A stretch of DNA of 64,000 nucleotides from Eledone cirrhosa (lineage: Eukaryota), in contig OZ024740.1 of the NCBI GenBank assembly GCA_964016885.1, positions 393,452,001 through 393,516,000 of the forward strand, written 5' to 3'. Under the pieces are notes generated by a model. The model had not been told where the DNA came from. It did no database searches and was given only the letters and a program-made list of their open reading frames with translations. Both the position numbers and the translations under genes were made by a program. Each line of letters begins with the position of its first letter. Position 1 is the stretch's first letter. Positions 26,911 to 38,783 of this stretch are shown piece after piece.

Positions 26911-29125
26911 CGTGAGGTGTTCAGGATTGCTAGGCAATGTGTCAAAGAAAACCGTGATATTGTCGGGGGGAAGTGTGTCCTTAATGATGATGGTGTACTT
27001 GCCATCACTGACGCTGATAAGAAGGTAGCTTGGAAGTGTCACTACGAAAGGCTACTAAATGAGGAGAATAAATGGGAGAAAGACAGTCTCCCCCATATCG
27101 ATCCAATAGAGGGACCAGCAGTGCTAGTTGAAGGTAGTATAATAAGTAAGGCAATCAAAGATATGAAAACAGGTAAGGCGGCTGAGCCTTCGGAAATAGT
27201 TGCTGAAATGTTGAAAGCATCTGGAACGGTGGGACACACTATGGTCACCCGGATAGTAAACCAAGTCATACAGAATGGGGCCGTTCCGAAGGACTGGCGT
27301 ATCAGCATCATCATTAACTGCTACAAGGGTAAAGGAGATGCCCTAGATAGGGGTAACTATAGAGGCATTAAATTAATCGACCAGGTCATGAAGGTCACAG
27401 AAAAAGTAATAGCGCAGCTAATCAGAGAACGAATTGATCTAGATGAAATGCAGTTCGGGTTTGTGTCAGGTAAAAGTACCACAGACGCTCTTTTCATTGT
27501 ACTACAGGAGAAGTACCTAGCTAAAAGTAAACCCCTATACTTAGCTTTTGTCGACTTGGAGAAAGCCTTCGACAGAGTCCCCCGTTCCATTATCTGGTGG
27601 GCTCTTAGAAAACTAGGTGTTGACGAATGGCTTGTGAGAGCTATACAAGCCATGTATAAAGAAACAGTCAGCAAGTTAACAACGAATATAGTGAAGAGTT
27701 TAGCGTAAAAGTTGGTGTTCATCAGGGCTCCGTTCTTAGCCCCCTACTATTTATTATTGCCCTTCAGGCTATAACAGAGGAGTTCAAGACCGGCTGCCCA
27801 TGGGAACTCCTATACGCAAATGATCTAACGCTCATAGCTGAATCAATGGCTGAACTAGAGAAGAAATTCCAAACATGGAAGCATGGCCTAGAATCAAAAG
27901 GCCTTAAAGTTAACTTGTCTAAGTTTGTAGGAAGGAAAATAGGGCACCAGTCCCATCTGGGAAATGGCCATGCTCAGTGTGTAGGAAAGGAGTAGGCAGA
28001 AACTCCATTTTATGTCCCAAATGCAAAGTATGGGTGCATAAAAGATGTAGTGGGATCACAGGTAAGCTAACAAAGAACATAGATTTTATATGTGGCCGGT
28101 GCTCTGGTGCAATAAGTAGCAGCAAGTGCCCACGGAATACTAGCTCATTCCATTGCACAGATGGTTCTATAGAAATAGTGGACACCTTCCATTACCTGGG
28201 TGACAAAATCAGCAGTGGGGGAGGGTGCTCTGAAAGTACAGTAGCTAGAGTCAGAACGGGATGGGAAAAGTTCAGAGAGCTTATATCACTATTGGCTGCT
28301 CAAGGGTTCTCTCTAAAAATGAAAGGCAGGCTGTATGATGCCTGCATACGAACAGCAATGTTACATGGCAGTGAGACCTGGGAATTGTGTGCAGAGGATA
28401 TACGCAGACTGGAGAGGAACGAATCTTGCATGCTCCGCTGGATGTGTAATATACGTGAACGGCAAAGCATAAATGAACTAAGGGAGAAATTAGGAATAAG
28501 AGGGATCAGATGTTGTTTACTCGAGAGAAGACTACGTTGGTACGGTTATGTGATGTGCATGAAAGATGACAGCTGTATAAAAAAGTGCAGGGCGATAAAA
28601 ATAGACGGTAGCCACGGAGTAAGCAGACACAGAAAAACCTGGGACGACTTGATAAATTCCGACCTCACACACTTACACCTCTCCAAGACAATGTTACTGG
28701 ACCAAGATCTTTGGCGCTACACAGTAATACAGAAGACCTGCCTTGCCTAAGTACAAAGCGAAACCTACAGTCAGTAGGCACCTCTAACAAAAATACACCC
28801 TTTCCCACTACCCCCACCCTATCCCCACCACCCCCTTCAATGTAAAGTTATGTTGGTACCACAACATCCAGTCCGAAACAAATGAGGTTGTGTAGGTGTC
28901 ACAACAAAAAAACACACAGTCCACGCTGTAATGTGGCCGTGTAGGTAACACAGTAAAAACCTCCCAGTCCACACTGTAAACGTGGTTGGTGTTAGGAAGG
29001 GCATCCAGCCGTAGAAAGTCCTATATGAGCAGGACAACCAATCTTGCCTCAAGTGGGAAAACTCCCGTCCAAAACCATGCAAGCGTGGAAGATGGACGTT
29101 AAATGATGATGATGATGATGATGAT
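26911..29125 (+). mobile_element. 5'-truncated RTE-clade LINE with a PHD finger inside the RT (inactive copy)
   Basis: RT motifs YKGKGD, NYRGIKL, QFGF, FVDLEKAFD, GVHQGSVLSP, catalytic YADD mutated to YAND (27813), FHYLGD, HGSETW; two frameshifts; 3'UTR and (GAT)n tail. Confidence 0.92.
26917..28750 (+). pseudogene. Frameshifted RT-PHD ORF of the RTE element
   Basis: ORFs 26917-27708 and 27977-28750 are joined by frameshifts at about 27680 and 27920. Confidence 0.88.
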
Positions 29126-29137
29126 ATATATATATAT

Positions 29138-29395
29138 ATCATCATCATCATCATCTTCGTTTAACGTCCATCTTCCACGCTAGCATGGGTTAGATGGGAG
29201 TTGTCCCACTTGAGGCAAGGTTGGTTGTGTGACCGTGTCTTGCTCGTATAGGACTATCTGGCATTTTTTCTACGGCTGGATGCCCTTCCTAACACAAACC
29301 TCATTTACAGTGTGGAACTGGGAGGTTTTTACCGTGTTACCTACATGGCCTCATTACAGCGTGGACTGTGTGTTTTTTTTGTTGTGACACCTACA

Positions 29396-29397
<2 letters not shown>
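29138..29397 (-). mobile_element. RTE-PHD family 3'UTR, tail-to-tail with the preceding copy
   Basis: (CAT)n followed by the reverse complement of 28880-29100. Confidence 0.88.
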
Positions 29398-29430
<33 letters not shown>

Positions 29431-29479
29431 GTGTATATGAATAATATATATAATGTATATACATGTACACCAGTTATGT

Positions 29480-30075
29480 TAATCTGTAGAATAGGTGTCA
29501 ATTACTACAGCAAACAATATGTGCGTGTCCATGAAACATATACACCAGGTCCAAATACAAAGGAACCAAACTCCCACTCTCCCCATCTCTCACTATTATG
29601 AGCAAATGGGGGCACATGCACTGGCCACCCATGGCCCTGGTCGTAACAATACAGAAGGTGTTTCCCCAGAAGATGGTGAGGGAGATATGCTAGAAGAGCC
29701 ATTCCAGCTTGTGAGGCTCACACCTATGAGTAGCCAACTCTGTACCAATGGTGGTGAGTAGGGAAGTGGCCCTAGAGCCAAGGACACCAGAAGTCTTCAC
29801 TGCTACGGGCTCGACCATTAATCTGTCAGAGAGCGACTGATATTTGGAGAGATTACCCTCCCTGGCCCGAAGTGCAGCAGAGCCTGGATTAGTTGCAGAC
29901 TGCATCAGGTTGCCGCTGGAGAATGTGTCACTGCATGTGGCATCCCAGATGAGGGGTTTACCACTATGGAATGGGAAGATGATCATGTCATCTGGCCTTT
30001 CGCTGTCACCTCGCTCCAGCCTTGCCAGCTCAAGCTGGGAGGGGAAGCCTGCAGCATCTAAGTAATGACCTCATG
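29480..30075 (-). mobile_element. CRE-clade non-LTR retrotransposon 3' fragment (restriction-like endonuclease domain)
   Basis: L.RGDSERPDD..IFPF.SGKPLIWDATCSDT...AA..A...KY..L....PVAVKTSG..G....L..IG......E..K..WLF..IS.....GN matches the PD-(D/E)xK RLE C-terminus of CRE-like elements. Confidence 0.75.
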
Positions 30076-30090
30076 AGAACAGCATATATA

Positions 30091-30159
30091 CAAGGTGTTT
30101 CACAAAAATATATACACACTTTGGTAGGATGTGTGTATACATTTTATTGGGACACCCTG
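30091..30159. mobile_element. 69-bp Tc1/mariner-type mini-MITE
   Basis: TA|CAAGGTGTTTCACAAAAATATATACACAC ... GTGTGTATACATTTTATTGGGACACCCTG|TA. Confidence 0.75.
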
Positions 30160-30171
30160 TACATGTGTGTG

Positions 30172-30207
<36 letters not shown>

Positions 30208-30210
<3 letters not shown>

Positions 30211-30337
30211 ATTGTTGCTACTATTGGCACAAGGCCAGCAATTATCCCAGTGCATTACTGGTACTTTATTTTATCGACCCCGTAAGGATAAAAGGCAAAG
30301 TTAACCTCGGCGGGATTTGAACTCAGATCATAAAGGG
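30208..30337 (-). mobile_element. 5'-truncated Nin-like SINE
   Basis: Family body match. Confidence 0.85.
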
Positions 30338-30889
30338 TTGATATATAATTTATATAATGATATATAATTTATATACATAACACACACACATATAATTATA
30401 TATCCAAATTTGAATATTTTCAGAATGCATCATGGATTGATTTGTGGACTCATCTTTCTATCCATCCAAGAATATAAATATAAATGGGTAATAAAAAAGA
30501 TGACATTAGGGATTGAAACAATATTCGTAGGCTTGCATTGTGACAGGAGGCTTAGTTTCAGTGTAATATTAAGATACACTCACACACACGTGTAGTTATG
30601 CACTGATAAACAAAACAATTCACTATTTAGAGGATACCAGAAGCAAATTATATATGTTAATAACATCCTACCCAATGGCCTGCCTGAACTATATAATATG
30701 TGCATACACATACAAATAAATAAATAAATATATATATATACACAGATATATATGTATGTACACCCAAACATTCATAAACACACACAAATTATGCATATGT
30801 AATTTCATGTGTATTATATGTTACACATATAACAGACATATGTATAAGCATGTATGTGTATAACTCCACAGGCACACAAGTGTATAAAT

Positions 30890-30928
<39 letters not shown>

Positions 30929-31599
30929 TCACACATGTGGGCTCATAATCAGAAAACACACACATACACACATATGTCACGATGTAGATTTATATCCCAA
31001 ATCATACATTATATTTAGAAGTTTCAACATACATATAAGCATACAAACACATATACACACGAATAGGCACACATATATATATACTTATGTTCCAATTTTA
31101 GTATTGTTTCTACAGCTTGATGCTCTTCCTATTGCCAACCACTTCACAGCGTGTACTGGGGTTATTTTATCATGGCACCAGCATTAGAGAGGCTGCCTTG
31201 TCCCTGGCAAGACTACAGAATCTTCCCTACCCAATATTATTATCCAAATACTGTTTTGCTAAAATTGTTCTTCTATCCACTATCAAAATTGTTATTTTAT
31301 ATCTAAAGTAGCTAGGGATATTTTTTTAATATAATCTATGAAGTGGGATACAATTTATATCTGATATCTCTAAAGTATCAATCTTTTCTGTAAACTAATT
31401 TGATTTTTTGTTCTATATGTTGTGGCATTATTGTGCTTCTATAGCTACTTTCATTGCTATTGGATGTTTTCAGTTGTGATCATTTTCAGAAAGTCAATTT
31501 ATCCTGGTGTCTGTAAAGTGACATCACCTCATTTCTTTTATTGAGCAAATGGCTTGTTTTTTTTTTGTTTTTTTTTTGCATGATTATGCCATATTTTCC

Positions 31600-32015
31600 T
31601 GCAGTGGCCAGAACAATAATAGACAATGCCACCCTTTACACAAATGGTTCTGAGATATGCGCTCATATGAAATAATTTTAAAAAACTGGTCCAAACTGCA
31701 AACAGATTAAACACCCAATGGGACAATGTGAACACCAATGGAAAAAAATACATTAATTTATGGAAAAAGCAAAATTGCGAGCTTTGTGCCACTGAAATAT
31801 TGGAAATGATGACCGGTAAGGAATTGTTAAACACAAGGTAGGACAGGAGTTTAACTACCAGCATAGAACCATCAGAACTTATGCAAAATACCATCCACAA
31901 TAACCTAGGATATGATCCTACATCTCTGTCTATTTTCACTATAGTTCCAGCATACGTATGCTATTTCTCTTCTAACTCCCTTATTTTTATTTACTATTTT
32001 ATCCCAGCAATGGAT
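31600..32015 (+). mobile_element. Degenerate 3' end of a second Penelope-like family
   Basis: Translates QWDNVNTNGKKYINLWKKQNCELCATEILEMMTGKELLNTR, resembling the W..Y..C.LC..E...LLN.R C-terminal motif of some PLE GIY-YIG domains; ends in (TA)n. Confidence 0.45.
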
Positions 32016-32018
32016 ACC

Positions 32019-32073
<55 letters not shown>

Positions 32074-32814
32074 CACATACATATAATAGTAATAGTACCC
32101 AACATTGCTCAGGAATGGGGTGACTCAGTTGAAGGACTATAATGATAGTCTCATGCCACCTCTCTGGTCTCCACTCCTCTCATCACCCATATTGTGCACA
32201 ACTCTGCAAGTACTGCACTAATCACTACGGGATGTTATCCTTCTGGAATTTTTTCCCTATACATGAGTTTCTCAAAAGAGAAATCACCAGCGTCAATTTC
32301 GTTGGTCCCAAAGGCCCTACAAAGACTAGGGGTACAGCCCCTTTCTTTCGGACCTAGCAACCCTCCATCCACCCAAAGCACCCCTAATATCAGGAATTGA
32401 AAATATAAATTATACTTCAAAAGTATATTGCTTAATGTATGTGTGTGTTTACACACACACACATATATATATATGTACATACACACACACACAAGGGAAT
32501 GGATGAGGGTTTCAAAAACATTATCTTTGGCCGTTCCCTTGCCACTTTAGTTTGGATTGCCTTGAGAATGTAACTTTATTGCATAATGAAGGTGTCTGAT
32601 GGGATAATGACACTGGTTGTGTGAATTCCCGTGGCTAGTGTCGTCATTGAAATATGTATCACAGCCTTATCAATAAAGGACTCTTTAACATCTACAACAA
32701 CTTTTCACTTTCTTATTCTAAGTATACTCAGATTCCTATTTGAAAGAAGTAATATGATTTTGAGTGCTTGAATTGAATTGCATCAATGTTTACCATAACT
32801 ATATATATATATAT

Positions 32815-33505
32815 TAGTTTTGCGAGGTTTTTGATATGAAATCGTGTGTCGAAACAAATATTGTTATACTTGGGGGGGGGGGGTCATATTTGTGTAATAA
32901 TATTGCCAGAATTAATAACAGTGCACACTCACTGTTTAGTTGGTTTTCGCTTCTGTGTCTTTTATATCGGTTAATTTAATTTATTCGGTCCTTAATGTTA
33001 CCATTGACTGACCAACGGTAAAAAATACAGATACAATATAGACACAAACACATATATATAGTTTAACAAAGTTCTTTCGTTGCACATCTGCAACATCGTC
33101 AGTGGTGCTATTATGTTTCCCCCCATTGCATTGTATGCCTACGCCATCTTTATTTAGTCTGTTTATTTATTTATTTATCTGTTTATTTTTTGTCTTCTCT
33201 GCGCATGCGTTTGCGTGTGTGTATAGTGTTTTGTTTGATGTGTGTTCGTGTTTGGGTGACTGTGTATTGGTTATTGTATTCTATCTTAGTTTACTAGTGT
33301 GTGTTTATATGTGTTTGTTGTTATTGTACTTATGTATGTATTTATTTATTTATTTATACTTCTCTTAGGTCAGTGTTGTTGTTATGCCATTCATTTTTTC
33401 TGTTTAGCCTTGGCCTTCTAAGTTCTATTTTGCTGCCTCTCTGATTTGCCTATCTGCTGGGTCATTTCTATGTTGTCTATGTTACCGTTGTGTTGTTGTC
33501 TGGCA
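32815..33505 (-). mobile_element. Penelope-like element 3' end, inverted arm
   Basis: Reverse complement of about 1068-1849 with small deletions; hammerhead-like core at 33075-33102. Confidence 0.92.
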
Positions 33506-34310
33506 GAAACATGACAACAACATACATAGGCGAGACAGCTCGTAGCATAGGCGAAAGGATAGACCAACAATGGGGGGAACTAAAAGGACGAAAAACGGTT
33601 GAGTACTATATGAACATGCCAGACAACAACACAACGGTAACATAGACAACATAGAAATTAAAATAATATCTAAACATAGAAATTAGAATAATATCTAAAC
33701 ATAGAAATGTCCCAGCAGATAGGCAAATCAGAGAGGCCAGCGAAATAGAACTTAGAAGGCCAAGGCTAAACAGAAAAAATGAATGGAATAACAACACCCA
33801 AACAAACAACACTGACCTAAGAGAAGTATAAATAAATAAATACATACACAAGCACAATAACAACAAACACATATAAACACACACTAGTAAACTAAGATAG
33901 AATACAATAACTGATACAGTCACCCAAACACGAACACACATCAAACAAAACACTATACACACACGCAAACGCATGCGCAGAGAAGACAAAAAAATAAACA
34001 AATAAATAAATAAATAAACAGACTAAATAAAGATGGCGTAGGCATACAATGCAATGGGAGGAAACATTAGAGCACCACTGACGATGTTGCAGATGTGCAA
34101 CGAAAGAACTTTGTTAGACTATATATATGTGTTTGTGTCTATATTCTATCTGTATTTTTGACTGTTGGTCAGTCAATGGTAACATTGAGGACCGAATAAA
34201 TTAAATTAACTGATATAAAAGACACAGAAGCAAAAACCAATCAAACAGTGAGTGTGTTCTGTTATTAATTCTGGCAATATTATTACACAAATATGACCCT
34301 CCCCAAGTAT

Positions 34311-34316
<6 letters not shown>
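33503..34316 (+). mobile_element. Penelope-like element 3' end, direct arm
   Basis: Matches about 953-1806 (YIGETARSIGERIDQ...); hammerhead-like core at 34078-34105; ends in (TA)n. Confidence 0.92.
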
Positions 34317-34375
<59 letters not shown>

Positions 34376-35289
34376 TATATAATACACATGTGTGTGTATA
34401 AGTGAGAATGTTTGATATTACATGTGTATCCTCTCTGCAGAAACATACTTATTTCCCTACCCATGTACATATACATAGCTTTGTTTTATAAAATGAAATA
34501 ACTTTGATGTGAGATAAAATTGTTTAAATGGCAACTACAGAGTAAAAAAATGTTCCAAAGATGGTGACAAACTTAAGAGCAGCAGGAATATTAGACAGAG
34601 AGGGAAAAGAAAAAAAAGTGTTGAAAGTTATAGAAAGAGAAGGCATTCAACTGCAGTGTCTATGAGGATAGGATGAGGATTTGCTTGTAAAGTTGTAAGA
34701 GTGAGAAAGTGGGATATAAAATATATATATATAAAAGAGAGAGGGGGGGGGGAGAGAGAGAGAGAGCAAGTGATAAATGAAAGGAATGGGAAGAGAAGTC
34801 AAACACACAGAGTTTGAAGTGAGGCAGCAAGTGGAGGAACAAATGATTGTTACATAAACATGAGAGAAGGAAGGGAGAAATGGACATACACACACATACA
34901 TATACAAACATTTAGAAATGTATATTAAATACATACATATAAATCATATTCATTTGAGCGCACACATGTGTATATATATATATATATATATATATGCCTA
35001 TGTTACCTCCGTACTGTTTCTGTTGACATTCTATTACATTTGACATATGTATAGCTTACTGTGACACATTCATCTAGATCAGGACACCTATTTTACTATG
35101 ATCCAGCAATGCTGTGCTACCAAACAACACCAACATTAGTAACATTACAAACCAGTACAGTCTATTCTAAAACCCTTAATCCCTATCAAATGTCACAAAG
35201 TGGTGAGAAGAGAATGGTAGTTGAAATTGTAAGCAAAAGTTAAAAGCATCAACAGAGACACATACATGAATGCATACATAGGTTTGTGT

Positions 35290-35477
35290 GTGTGAGCATA
35301 TATGCACACATATATATATACATATATACACATATATATATGCATATATACACATATATATATGCATATATACACACATATATATGCATATATACACACA
35401 CATATATGCATATATACACACACATATATATATGCATATGTACACACATATATATAAATATATACACATATACATAT
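35290..35477. repeat. TA/CA/TGCA compound satellite
   Basis: Direct reading. Confidence 0.9.
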
Positions 35478-36087
35478 ATGGTGGCTGCCAACTCGTTTTC
35501 GAGTATGGCCACTACTTTATATCCATGTAGGAGAACCCCTACCGATGCGCTGAACGAGTGTGACTTTTTAGTCCAGCCAGCAACTTGAAAACTCTGGTAC
35601 AAACACTACACTTGTGACAATTATTGACACATAGTGCTGGGCCCATGGTACCATGTGACGACAAGTGCAGAGAGATCTCCAGATATAAATGCCTGTGCCG
35701 TGAAGCTTTTATAGTGAGCACAGGCACTGCACAAAGCCAGTCCCACTCTCTTAACCAAGATGATATTTACCAAAAAGAAGAACAAGTCAACATCATTGGA
35801 TACCATCAGGGTTGCAGGTGTTATATCAGAGTTTTTCTTCTCCTAGAATTCTGCCTTGACAAAAGCTAAGGGGTCATCTCTCCCGGTGATTTTGGATGGC
35901 CATTGACTTTTAAGAGCTCCTTTGCCCTTTGACAGGTTTTGTTTTTTGTCCTGCAGGATGTCCAAAGTCACCCTCCTCACCAAGAAACCTTGGTGGGGTT
36001 GCCAGTTTAGTCGCCAACAACCCGACCATGGGACAGGTTGTTCTAGAATACATGTTACCAGTAGCACCAACTGGTGACCTGACCTAA
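35478..36087 (-). mobile_element. Bipartite non-autonomous RTE/BovB derivative (5'UTR fused to C-terminal zinc finger and 3' end)
   Basis: Minus strand TTCTAGGAGAAGAAAAACTCTGA..CCAATGATGTTGA..AGAGAGTGGGA..GCACAGGCA matches 58340-58545; then CSVCTRVFKLLAGLKSHTRSAH and TGGCCATACTCGAAAACGAG match 61870-62055. Confidence 0.8.
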
Positions 36088-36212
36088 CATATGCATATAT
36101 ACACATATATATACATATATATATATGCATATATACACATATATGTGTGTATATATACGCATATATACACATATGTGTGTATATATACACATATATATGT
36201 GTATATATACAC

Positions 36213-36248
<36 letters not shown>

Positions 36249-36250
36249 GC

Positions 36251-36281
<31 letters not shown>

Positions 36282-36644
36282 CATATATATGCATACATAT
36301 ACATATATATATATGCATACATATACATACATATACATACATCTATAAGCATATATATACATACATCTATATGCATATATATACATACATATATATGCAT
36401 ATATATACATACATATATATGCATATATATACATACATATATATGTATATATATACATATATATACATGTATATATATACATATATATACATGTATATAT
36501 ATACATATATATACATGTATATATATACATATATATACATACATATATATACATATATATGCATATATATACATACATATATATGTATATATATACATAT
36601 ATATACATGTATATATATACATATATATACATGTATATATATAC

Positions 36645-36680
<36 letters not shown>

Positions 36681-36721
36681 GTATATATATATACATATAT
36701 ATAAATACATATATATACATA
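36088..36721. repeat. TATACA-type compound satellite
   Basis: Direct reading; explains the Y/I/H/C/M-rich ORFs. Confidence 0.95.
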
Positions 36722-38187
36722 TGAACTCCTATACGCAGATGACCTAACGCTCATAGCTGAATCAATGGCCGAGCTAGAGAAGAAATTCCAAACATGGAAG
36801 CATGGACTAGAATCAAAAGGCCTTAAAATTAACATGGCTAAGACTAAAGTTCTAGTTTGTAGGAAAGAAAATAAGGCGCCGGTCCCTTCCGGGAAATGGC
36901 CATGCTCAGTGTGTAGGAAAGGCGTAGGTAGAAACTCCATTTTATGTCCCAAATGCAAAGTATGGGTGCATAAAAGATGTAGTGGGATCACAGGTAAGCT
37001 AACTAAGAACACGGATTTTACATGTGGCCGGTGCTCTGGTGCAATAAGTAGCAGCAAGTGCCCACAAAATACTAGCTCTTTCAACTGCGCAGAGGGTTCT
37101 ATAGAAATAGTGGACAGCTTCCGTTACCTGGGTGACAAAATCAGCAGTGGGGGAGGGTGCTCCGAAAGTACAGTAGCTAGAGTCAGAACTGGATGGAAAA
37201 AGTTCAGAGAGCTTATACCACTATTAGCCGTTAAAGGGTTCTCCCTAAAAGTGAAAGGCAGGTTGTATGATGCCTGCATACGAACAGCAATGTTGCATGG
37301 CAGTGAGACCTGGGCATTGGGTGCAGAGGATATACGCAGACTAGAGAGGAACGAAGCTTGCATGCTCCGCTGGATGTGTAATAGTAATATACGCGAACGG
37401 CAAAGCATAAACGAACTAAGGAAAAAATTAGAAATAAGAGGGATCAGATGTTGTTTACTCGAGAGAAGGCTACGTTGGTATGGTCACGTGATGCGCATGA
37501 AAGACGACAGCTGTATAAACAAAGTGCAGGGCAATAAAGATAGATGGTAGCCACGGAGTAGGCAGACCCAGAAAAACCTGGGACGAGCTGATAAATTCCG
37601 ACCTCACACACTTACACCTCTCCAAGACAATGTCACTGGACCGAGACCTTTGGCGGTACTCAGTAACAGAGAAGACCCGCGTTTCCTAAATACAAAGTAA
37701 AACCTACTACAGTCAGTAGGCATCTCTAACAAAATACACTCCCGTCCCACCACCCCCACCCCATCCACACCGCCCCTTTCAATGTAAAGTTATGTTGGTG
37801 CCACAAAATCCAGGCCGAAACAAATGAGATCGTGTAGGTGTCACGAAAAAAAAAACACATAGTCCACGCTGTAATGTGACCGTGTAGGCAACACGGTAAA
37901 AACGTCCCAGTCCCACACTGTAAATGTGGTTGGTGTTAGGAAGGGCATCCAGCTGTAGAAAACCTGCCAGACAGTCCACGCTGTAATGTGGCCGTGTAGG
38001 CAACACGGTAAAAACCTCCCAGCCCCACACTGTAAATGTGGTTGGTGTTAGGAAGGGCATCCAACTGTAGAAAACCCGCCAGACAGTCCTATGCGAGCAA
38101 GACAACCACTCTTGCCTCAAGTGGGAAAACTCCCGTCCAAACCCATGCAAGCATGGAACACGGACGTTAAACGATGATGATGATGAT
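36722..38187 (+). mobile_element. 5'-truncated RTE-PHD LINE
   Basis: Starts at ELLYADD, then [13 protein letters not shown] finger, FRYLGD, HGSETW; one frameshift near 37520; 3'UTR with ~112-bp internal duplication; (GAT)n tail. Confidence 0.93.
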
Positions 38188-38783
38188 ATACATACATATA
38201 TATGTATATATATATACATATATATATATATAAATACATATATATACATATATATGTATATATATACATATATATGTATATATATACATATATATTATAG
38301 AAGTGGATGGATACCTCAACAGGTACAATGTACTTGTAGAAATATTCAAGTTGTTTATAATACATGTGGTTCAATGGCACTAATTCGAGATACCAGAACA
38401 AGAAAATTGTTTAATAACCGTTTGTTTCGCTACTTTTATATACATATATATGTATATATATACATATATATGTATATATATACATATATATGTATATATA
38501 TACATATATATGTATATATATACATATATATAAATACATATATATAAATACATATATATACATATATATAAATACATATATATACATATATATGTATATA
38601 TATACATATATATGTATATATATACATATATATAAATACATATATATATATATATATATAAATACATATATATATATATATATATAAATACATATATATA
38701 CATATATATGTATATATATACATATATATGTATATATATACATATATATAAATACATATATATAAATACATATATATACATAT
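38188..38783. repeat. TATACA/TATGTA satellite with a ~140-bp unique insert (38296-38437)
   Basis: 20-bp higher-order unit TACATATATATGTATATATA. Confidence 0.92.

Noticed and set aside
32608-32650. Short GC-containing quasi-palindrome around GAATTC
   Set aside because: Left arm is too degenerate; cannot assign function or origin
38708-38783. N-terminal extension of the CR1 ORF
   Set aside because: The ATG lies in the flanking satellite; the element is simply 5'-truncated
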